Source: Octopus sinensis (taxonomy: Eukaryota). From it: DNA of 64,000 bases. The DNA lies in the NCBI RefSeq assembly GCF_006345805.1, contig NC_042997.1, positions 71,052,001 through 71,116,000 on the forward strand, in the 5' to 3' direction. Numbering within the stretch: the first letter of the stretch is position 1; every line of letters starts with the position of its first letter. The position numbers and the translations under genes were made by a program. This document shows positions 54,743 to 64,000 of the stretch, in pieces. Below the pieces are notes generated by a model that worked only from the letters and a program-made list of their open reading frames with translations, was not told where the DNA came from and did no database searches.

Positions 54743-55084
54743 CATTTGAAAACTTAATCCTGAAACAATCTCGATATATATGAAGAATACGAATTTCAGG
54801 ATTCTCAGAATCCACTGAAACGTTCGACATAGTGCCTTGCGTTATTTTGTCTAGCTCAGTGCATTCAGTACCCAATTTCTCTGGAGATCAACATCGCCTT
54901 TCGTCCTTTCTGGGTTGTTAAATAAAAGATTACCCGAGTACTGGGGTCGATCTAATCGAGTAGTCCCTCTTGTGAAAGATACTGGCTCTGTGCTTGCAGC
55001 AAAAATTGTGAATCGCGATGGATTGGAAAATCGTTTGCATGTTGACAAATTACTTTGCATTATTTCTCCCGACTAGGTTTTCGA

Positions 55085-55245
55085 GCTGGCAGAATCGTTA
55101 GAACGCCGGGCATTTCGTCTGTTTTTACGTTCTGACTTCAAATTTCGAAGTCGATAAAATAAGTACCAGTTGAGGAACAGGGTCGATATAATCGACTTAA
55201 CTCCTCCCCCGAAATTACTGGCCTTGTACCAGGATTTGAAATTAT
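55085..55245 (+). mobile_element. SINE family B, internally deleted
   Basis: gagctggcagaatcgttag..gtcgataaaataagtaccagtt. Confidence 0.75.
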
Positions 55246-56049
55246 TATTTCTTCCGACCCCTTAGTTTCTGAGACGAAGTCCTGCCAATGTCGAGTTTGC
55301 CTTCCCACATACGGAGTTAAGACTATAAATCACCAGAGGAGAATTATGGTTATTATAACCAACTAAACACGATCTTTGAATTTCAAGATTAATGCTTTGT
55401 TAGACATAATTGTTTATATTTAAAAAACACTTCTTTAAAAGACTGGTGGATTTGGCCAGACATGTTAGATCATCGGCTAAAGTGCCTTCTGGTATTTGTA
55501 GCAGCTTTTTATTTTTTGAGAACAAATCTCGCCAAAGTTAACTCCACATTTCATCCATGCGGAGTCAAGGACAGAGACTTACCAGGTAAATCCGAAGATC
55601 GATGTAATCTCAACTAATGCTTTTCCCTAAATGCTGCTGGCTTTACAGCAAAATATGAAATCATTAATATTATAGAATACACAGAAGAAGGCTTTGTGTG
55701 TATGTATGTTTGTGTGTATGTGTCTGTATGTGTGCCTGTATATATATGTATGTATATATGTGTATATATGTGTGTGTGTATGTGTATTTATATATACATG
55801 TATATTTATATTTTACGAGCTGCACTCGTGAAAAATTCACAGAAAATATAAAAAATGTAAGCATCTGTAAATTGTGTGCTGGTGCCATTGTGACACTTAC
55901 GGAATATAGAAAGAAGTGTAAAACCGATAACTCTATAATCCAACCAAAATATCTGTTACGCAATCGTAAACACAATTACTATTTAGCCTTAAAATACATC
56001 GTACATATTCAAAGAATCTTCTTGGTTTAGTGGTATGGAACGTTCTTCC

Positions 56050-56188
56050 CGTTGGTAGCTTATTCTACCAGTCTCTTCTGCCGAACAGCTAAGTTACGGG
56101 GAGCGGTTGTCAAACAGTGGTGGAGGGGGACAAACACAGACACAAGCACACACACATACGCACACACACACATACACACACACGCACG

Positions 56189-56249
<61 letters not shown>

Positions 56250-56335
56250 TTATATGACTGACTTCTTTCAGTTTCCGCCTACCAAATTCACTCACGAGGC
56301 TTTGGTCGGCTCAAGGCTATAGTAGAAGACACTCT
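56050..56335 (-). mobile_element. SINE A, partial
   Basis: gccgaacagctaagttac..tttcagtttccgcctaccaaattcactcac-aggctttggtcgg..tatagtagaagacact. Confidence 0.82.
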
Positions 56336-56845
56336 TTAAAGTATAGAGATGAATTTCGTGTAGCCCCCTGTTGGCAACTTTTCTCCCCTACCCATTTTGT
56401 AGGGGTTATTACCCATTTTTCTGGGTTCTTTTCACAGTTATACCCCGTTCGAAATTTGCATTAGTTTTTGTATGAAAAAAAAAGGAAAGGAATGAGGGGG
56501 GGGGGCTTGTAGTTTGTAGAGAAAACGTTAAACAAGCCTGAAAAAAAAGACATTGTCTTTCCCCCCAACTAAAAGACATGAAGAACTGTGAAAGAAGGCG
56601 AATAAGTACCGGGGGTGAGGGAAAGAAGAGAGAACTAACAATCGATCGTTTTCGAACCCCCAGAATAAAAACGTAAACACCTAAAAGACTTACTCTGTAT
56701 TCATTGCTGAATGTCTTTCCCGCTTCTTCATTGTTAAAAGTAAAAAAGCTAGAAAAGATCGATCATATTTCAGTCTAATTGTCATTGTAAATGCTTTCCT
56801 TTCTGTCTCTATCGCTTCACTCCTTTTCTCTACAGTTAACAGAAT

Positions 56846-57115
56846 GAAGGTGCGTGGGTCAGTGGATAGGGGTACTCGGCCCACGATCGTAAAGGTATGA
56901 ATACGATTCCCTGCGGCACGTTGTCTTCTTGAGCAAGGTACTCTACTTCACTTTGCTGCAGTCCACTCAGCTGGCAAAAATATTTGTAGCTGTAATTCAA
57001 AGGGCCAGCCTTGACATATTCTGTGTGAGGCTGAATCTCCCCGAGAACTACATTAATGATATGCATGTCTGTGGAGTACTCAGCCACTTGCAAGTTAATT
57101 TTATCCTCGTGTAGT
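56846..57115 (+). mobile_element. tRNA-derived SINE family D, degenerate
   Basis: Aligns by eye to 57548-57874. Confidence 0.8.
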
Positions 57116-57428
57116 AATGAAAAGCGAAAGGGACATCCAATATTTACTGTAGTTCTCTTTGGGTTAATAATGTGACTGTGTATCTATGTATCAACTTTTC
57201 TTGCGATGTGATAAACGAATGCCATCACCACTCACTGTCTCTCTTACTCTCTCTCTCTCACTTTCTCTCTTGCCCTCTTTTTCTCTCTCACTCTTTCTTT
57301 CTCTCTTACTTTCCCTCTGTACTTTCTCCCGCTTCGTCACTCACTTCTTCTTTGAGGTAAATGTGACACACACCACAGGTACGGACATAAAAAAAACAAT
57401 AAGTTTGCGTATTAAGTATTATGGATAT

Positions 57429-57471
<43 letters not shown>

Positions 57472-57547
57472 TTATATTTCATATATGTATATATGTGTAT
57501 TTATATTTTATATATGTATATATGTGTATTTATATCTATATTTATGT

Positions 57548-57873
57548 GGAGGCGCGTAGCTTAGTGGTTAAAGTTATTCTGCTCGCGATCGTAGGGTCGC
57601 GAGTTCGATTCCCGTCGGCGCGTTGTGTTCTTAAGCAAGACACTATATTTCACGTTCCTCCAGTCCACTCACTTGGAAAAAATGAGTAGTACCTGTATTT
57701 CAAGGGTCCAGCTTTGTCACATTCTGTGTCACGCTGAATCTCCCTGAGAAGTATGTGAAGTGGTATCCGAGTCTGTGGAGTGCTCAGCCACTTGCATGTT
57801 AATCTCACGCTGCAAGCTATTCCGTTGATCGGATCAACTGGAACTTTCGTCGCCGTAAACGACGGGGTGCCAG

Positions 57874-57874
<1 letters not shown>
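57548..57874 (+). mobile_element. tRNA-derived SINE family D with a (TATG)n tail
   Basis: A-box tagcttagtggtt and B-box gagttcgattccc, body cttaagcaagacact..ccagtccactca, and a terminal hairpin cgtcg/cgacg. (TATG)n runs to ~58095. Confidence 0.85.
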
Positions 57875-57905
<31 letters not shown>

Positions 57906-60569
57906 TGTATGTATGTATGTATGTATGTATTATGTATGTATGTATGTATGTATGTATGTGTGTGTGTATGTATGTATGTATGTATGTATGTATGTATGTA
58001 TGTATGCATGCATGCATGCATGCATGTATGTACGTACGTACGTACGTACGTATGTATGTATGTATGTATGTATGTATGTATGAATGAATGTATGTATGTG
58101 TGAATATACATACGCACGCTTAGCCTTTTAGTTTGGTAACGAATTAGAGAAGTACTCAATGCAGACGTAGATGCAATAATTATATTTAAGCCGCTCCACT
58201 GACCTGTTACTCTGCTATTTCTTCAGATAATCATGTGTACGTATATATATAAAGAGAGGGACAGAGACAGAGAGACAGACAGTTATACATGACTTTTATC
58301 CATTTATTTCTTGGCAAAATGCCACGCCCAAAATGTGTTTGCCTCTGATCTGTCTAACGTTCGTCCATCCGTTCGTCATATTTTCTTTCTTTCCCCATTT
58401 TGTTTCTGTTTGCATTGTATTCCTACGATCTGATTTACACTGACAACTGACTATCTATCACTCATCTACCCAACTAGTTATAGAGACTATCTATCCTAAT
58501 TGTCAGAAATACCTACAAATCTCTCTGGCTGCTTGACTGACTCATTCACTGACTGGCTCTCTGTTATTCCTTACTAAGTCTATAGTCAATAATGAAATTC
58601 AGCAGGGCTGGCTTACGGCAAGAAGGCGGAGTTTGGCTTTTTATTTCATTGTACCTTATTTTGTTTATATGTATTGTTGAGATAAGCAATAAATATATCC
58701 TCATGACATGATGAAAATTGTACAGGAGAAAAGGCTTTAGTGAATGAGAAATTACTTTGTGATCGTTCAATATGCTAAAAATAGCAGTCAAATCACATTC
58801 AAATTTTACTCAGTTATTAGAAAGAGACACGCGCTTGTGATAGATGGAAAGCATTTTTGTTTATAAATTTGCTCAGAAAGGTCTGACTCAGGACTAAAAA
58901 CATCAAGTCAACAAGGAAGTGTCGATCCTTTAGAAAAAAGCAGTTAAACCGTCTTTCAATTGTAATAAAAAGCATAATATAGAAAGGACATGTTCGATAA
59001 TGTGTTCCTCTATATACAAAAAGACAACATTTTCATAGCTACAGTGTTTTAATCTTCGATCTGTTTGATCAAATCTGACACGTGCTAAACAACAACATCA
59101 TTATCCAAGGAGGAAACACGAACCTCTTAGAAATTGAGCAAAATATAATCTCACCAAGCGCATCTTTTTTTCTCATACGAGGTCACTTTCGGTAATAATA
59201 TTTTCTGCGATACACTGGAAAAAAAAAACGATGTTATCATAGCTGACCTGGGGCTAAACAACAACAACAATATTAAGTACAATATTCCGTTATAAAGATC
59301 AGGGCATTTGAAGGGAGATAAAAAAAACCTAAAAAGGAGACCAGGTGAGGAGGATTTGTACACTGTTGTTGTCTAGCCCCGAGATAAAAGGCGTTTTCAA
59401 CCGTTTGTAGTTATTGTTGATGTTGGTTACACTTGATTAAACAGACCTTTGGTCAAAGGTATCCCATTAGTGACTGTTTCATCTGTGAGGGTTATGCAGA
59501 ACTACAATGCCATAAGAATATATAATATCATGATGGCAGGATTTGGGGGAGATTGCTTGATATTTCTAGCAGATCGAGTAACTACCTTTATAGATACTTC
59601 TTTATTAGTTCATCCGTTTCTCACTAAAATGGTGCTGGTCATTTTCTGGGAGTTATTGCTGCTGTTCCTAGCAGACCGTTGGCTCGTAGAGAGACGTAAG
59701 TTAGCGACTGCATAAATGAAATGAAGTAAATGACACAATGATTCCATCGGAGATTGAAAGCCGCTTTCTCGAGATGGGATAACTTTCAAAATGGGAACCT
59801 CTTCACGCTCCCTCAAACAGCCAGATCTCTTTCAATTTACATCTTAACGTCTTATAATAGGACATGATGAATAATGTGGGCCTAGATTCGCTGACGGGAT
59901 GATTACGACTGGTTAAGATCTGCTTGATCTTAAGCAACAACAAAAAGTTGTCAGGGGAATTTTTACATGATCGCTTGATTTGTTAGAAATAACAGTAGTA
60001 TCTCACTCAGATTACAAAGGGTTTGTTAAATAAATGAAAAAGCAAATATATACTAAATGACATTGTGAAAATGAAGGACAAAATAAACATAGTCGAAGGC
60101 CTTTCATCATATCTGCTCGATCCGTATCGATTTGAGTATAAACAATAAAAATAGCAACAACAACTAATCAACTGCAATTTTACGTCACCATTTTACCCCT
60201 CCCCTCTCCAAAGAAACATTCAGCTATGAAAGTTCTATGTAGTCACTAGAAATGCTAAAAATAGCAGTCAGATCAAACGCAAGCTATACCCTACTGACTA
60301 TGAGAGCGACACATTAGTTAATATATCAAAAAGACATATGATTAAGGCTAGAAATGACTTCTATGATAGGACGACTGGATAAAGCTGATCTGGTGCATAA
60401 AGAACAACAGTAAAAAAAAAAAAAAAAACAGCGGCAAGTGCAATTAGGATTAAATAAAAATTCCGTGAAGACCGAAAGTGTACTGAGAATAAGTCATACT
60501 GGTTGAGCCTTAACGTTTGGCACAAACTCAGGATTTGCGATTTGCGGAATTGGTGGAGGATCGTCCCTT

Positions 60570-60775
60570 TCTTTTAGTTTTAGTCATTAGACTGCGACCA
60601 TACCGAGACCATACCTGAGCGCTTCCTTAAAGGGTTCAGTCAAACAAATTGACCACAGTACTTATTTTTTTATAAGTCTGGTACTTATTCGAACGGTTTC
60701 TGTAGTAGAACGTTTAAATTAGAGGGACATAAAACCACCAACACCGATTGCCCAGCGGTGGTGGGTATACAATTA
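60570..60775 (-). mobile_element. SINE A 3' half, degenerate
   Basis: tagtcattagactgcgaccat..cagtacttatt..gggacataaaaccaccaacaccg. Confidence 0.65.
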
Positions 60776-60806
60776 TACCACAAATACAGAAATGTATACA
60801 TACACA

Positions 60807-60843
<37 letters not shown>

Positions 60844-60927
60844 TCACACATATGTATAGAGTGTTTGAAGTGATGTACATCCTCTTTTCTCTATCTCACC
60901 TCTCCTTTCCATTTCCCTAAAACGGAG

Positions 60928-61014
60928 AAACATTCTATAAGATTTATTTTGCAAAAGCCCTGATAAAGAATTATCCAAACTGCCTCCTTTTTCTTTACAC
61001 ACACGCACACACAC

Positions 61015-61106
<92 letters not shown>

Positions 61107-61254
61107 GTGGTTAATCCGCAATTTTACAACCTAAAGGTAGAAATATAAACATTCTATAAGATTTATCTTGCAAAAGCCCTGATAAAGAATTATCCAAACT
61201 GCCTCCTTTTTCTTTACACACACACAGATATATATATATTATATATTATATATA

Positions 61255-61302
<48 letters not shown>

Positions 61303-61350
61303 TATATGGGTGGTTAATCCGCAATTTTACAACCTAAAGGTAGAAATATA
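60928..61350 (+). repeat. Tandem duplication of a ~210-bp unit that contains a (TA)n tract
   Basis: aaacattctataagattta...gggtggttaatccgcaattttacaacctaaaggtagaaatat starts at 60928 and again at 61147. Confidence 0.93.
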
Positions 61351-61465
61351 TACGTCACTAAAGTAAACAAAGGGCACTAATCAGCACCAGTATTGCTAGA
61401 AATAAGTGTCATAATAACTCAATAGCCACAGAAGCACTATTTGTTCACTTTAGTGACGTATATAT
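61346..61465. repeat. Short inverted repeat, MITE-like (26-bp arms, 68-bp spacer)
   Basis: atatatacgtcactaaagtaaacaaa (61346-61371) pairs with tttgttcactttagtgacgtatatat (61440-61465), with 1 mismatch. Confidence 0.8.
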
Positions 61466-61489
61466 AAATATATGACGCTCTTGTAATCG

Positions 61490-62062
61490 GAAGGTGCAAC
61501 CGCATATGTAGGCTATGTCATGTTTCTGTGGAAGACATCACGCTTGTGATTAGTCGCTGTCCTAAAATGTTTTCACGGTATTACCTCCCTATTGCGGCAC
61601 GTTGTTGTTACTAATACAATTTACAATGCCATCCACAAAAAAGACTCCTGAATTAAACTTAGAAAATCCATCTGTTATGGAATACATTCATAAACACCAA
61701 CTCAAGGAATACTGGTGGAATATTCTCATCAAAACTTCTATCAAGCGTAAACATAACAGGCCGGATATTGTTGTTTGGGACATAAGGGCAAAGGCATGTA
61801 CCATCATAGAGGTCAGCTGCCCTCTTTTTGAAAATCAAAGAGGATAAATATGGACAACTATTTCAAACCTCCAGACTATGAATTCATATTCATACTAATA
61901 ATAAGTGGAGCACTAGGTTTTGTTGGTAAATGCTTAAAGGAGAATCTGGATAAACTGGGATTTTCGGAAAGAGAAATCGACCGGCTAATTCGTACATTAC
62001 AAGTGCAATCTGTGGGTGGAACAGTAAAAATATGCAAAACTTTTCTCAAGTTCCAAATATGA
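61490..62062 (+). mobile_element. RLE-type non-LTR retrotransposon (R4/Dong-like) 3' end
   Basis: CRLCHVSVEDIT.VISRCP (CCHC-like), EYWWNILIKT..KHNRPDIVVWD..IIEVSCP (PD-(D/E)xK endonuclease) and GALG..VKICKTFLKF-stop. Confidence 0.85.
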
Positions 62063-62179
62063 ATTTGTCTGTGTTAACTATATCCCAAAGATGGTGCCTT
62101 GTATATTTGTTGGAAACCGGCTCCCTCTCAGTGGAAGAGGATTTATAATAGTTAAAAAATAGAAGAGACATACACATAT

Positions 62180-62345
62180 ACGACAGGCTTATTTCAGTTT
62201 CTGTCTACCAAATACACTCAAAAGGCTTTGGTCGATCCGGGTACATAGTAGAATACATTTGTCAAAAGTAGAATAGTAGAATGTAGAAGAATTTACTTGC
62301 TCAAATAAGTCGGCCTGAACTAGGTGCCATGTGTTTGGGAAGCAA
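62180..62345 (-). mobile_element. SINE A 5' fragment, degenerate
   Basis: cgacaggctt-tttcagtttctgtctaccaaa..aaggctttggtcga. Confidence 0.7.
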
Positions 62346-62721
62346 GTGCATGTATGTGAGGAATTTTCATACTATTTGATGATACTGTAATATTTTTAAG
62401 TGTACTACCAAACACCCTAAATTGGTTATTACAATTGGCTGTTGCTGTGCCTAGATTAGAAATAATCTATATTGTTTATTTATTTATTATCAATTTATTT
62501 ACTGTAATGTCATATATTAGGGTGTCGTATTTCCTACCCTTTGCCTGTCTTGGTATCTCATATGATACACAGCGCATATTTCCCTGACCTCCAGGCTTTA
62601 TATATGATACACATTCCAAATGTTTTTCAACCGCAAGAATGAAAAGAAAGCTTTATATTATTCAATATGTATGAAACAAAGGCTAAGTAAACGTCTGAAA
62701 ACAGGCATAAACGTTTGGGAC

Positions 62722-62795
62722 AAAGCGAGACAGTAGAGTTACAATTTACCTGTCCAAGTGATATGCACAGGTAAACTGTAACTCTAGTTCGCTTT
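62722..62795 (-). ncRNA. Pre-miRNA-like hairpin (candidate only)
   Basis: 20-bp upper stem (62734-62753 with 62767-62786), fully paired on the minus strand with one G.U. 13-nt loop. Lower stem aaagcga/tcgcttt plus 2 bp. Confidence 0.35.
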
Positions 62796-63329
62796 CAGCA
62801 ACTTTAACTCCGAAACAATGCTGGAGTTTAAATGACTGTAACTACGGGACGAAATCGGAAACATAACTGAATTTTCAATGCAATAAAACAATGCTATGAA
62901 CATTTTATACAGCATAATAGAAATAAGAACATTTATAAAATGTGAAATTTTCTCGAGTCAGACTGGTAATTATAATTATTAAGAGCGACGAACGGTCGAT
63001 TAGCAGATTCGGTAGTGAGGCGAAAAAATATATTGTGGTATTTAGTTATGGTTCTTTACGTTAGGAGTTCAGTTCCCACAGGGTCATTTTCACTGAGTGC
63101 AATAAACTAAAATACTATTTTCGAATAAAGTATCAGCCAAGTACTGATTGAAGTTTGATTTAACCAATTGAACACCGTTTTCAAGATCTTCATCCAGCTC
63201 TGTACCATTGTCAGGAATCATTATTGTGATTATGCTTAGTTTCATATATTTGGTCAGGTTATGACTGTGTTAATGTAGAAGAAATAATTGGATGCCTCGA
63301 GATAATCCAGAGCTAGCCCTTTGTGGTTG

Positions 63330-64000
63330 TATCTCTGTGTGAATGAATGAATGTGTGTGCAAGTGAGGAAGTGCAAGTGTGTGAGTGTCTGTATGCGTGT
63401 GCAGGAGTGAATTTATTTGTATATGCGAGCATGCGTGACTATGTCTGTATGTGTGTATGTGCATGTGTGCATGTGTGTGGGAAGATATGTGTGTTTGTGT
63501 GTGAGCGTGTGCGTGCAAGTCTGTGCACGTATGTGTGTGAGGAAATGTATGTGATCAAGTGCATCTGTGTATGGATCTGTATGAGAGCGCGCGGGAATTG
63601 TATCTCAACGTACGCGTGTATCTGTGCTGGCGTGTGGGCGTGCGGTCGTGTCTTTGACAATGTGTGCGAGGGTGTATTTCGATATGAATATATGCCGGAT
63701 GTGTACATGCTTGTGTATGTGCATGCATCTGTGTATAAATTCACTTGTAAGTATATGTTCGAATAAGCGCGAGTATATATAAACATGGGACACTGTGTGC
63801 ATCTGTCTAACTGTATGTGTTCGCATGTATGCAAATGCGTGCGAACACTCATACGCAAGTGAGTTGTGTGAAGTGTGTGTTTATCAATGAATAGGAGTAT
63901 ATAAATGTGTGTACAGCACATTTATGTAATTCCATATGTAAATATGTGAATGTCTATAGTTGTAAATCTATGAGTAAATGTATGTGAACTTGCGTGAATG
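63330..64000. repeat. Degenerate TG-rich low-complexity sequence
   Basis: Decayed (TG)/(TATG) repeats. Confidence 0.8.

Noticed and set aside
54750-54880. Short minus-strand exon candidate ([28 protein letters not shown])
   Set aside because: No recognisable homology, a weak donor, and it abuts SINE debris and a (GATA)n array.
56790-56842. Splice acceptor (pyrimidine tract plus tacag) just upstream of SINE D, suggesting exonisation
   Set aside because: Such tracts are common in this composition, and I found no matching donor or transcript evidence.
57548-57625. tRNA gene
   Set aside because: It has A and B boxes but no proper acceptor stem, and continues into a SINE body shared with 56846-57115.

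Overview
This is an AT-rich, microsatellite-saturated eukaryotic window with one 100-N scaffold gap. The SINE families, (TA)n/(TATG)n/(AAT)n density and element types look like an octopus (coleoid cephalopod) genome; this is inferred from pattern recognition, not a database match. I could not support any host protein-coding exon, tRNA or rRNA gene. Almost all entries in the ORF track are translations of simple repeats. The window is a layered transposon graveyard. It holds two ~1.3 kb irritans-type mariner copies with TIRs, a third mariner relic, a DD37D/maT relic carrying a nested Tigger-like MITE, and a solo LTR with a 4-bp TSD. It also holds RTE, L1/Tx1 and R4/Dong-like LINE relics, four SINE or non-autonomous retroposon families, and at least four Penelope-like element (PLE) coding relics. 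The most distinctive signal is a set of about nine hammerhead-ribozyme-like (HHR) motifs from several unrelated PLE terminal-repeat families. Four have intact catalytic cores. Several sit in fold-back inverted repeats embedded in (TA)n, with no nearby PLE ORF. A pre-miRNA-like hairpin lies near 62.75 kb. All alignments and folds were done by eye; element boundaries are approximate unless TIR or TSD coordinates are given.
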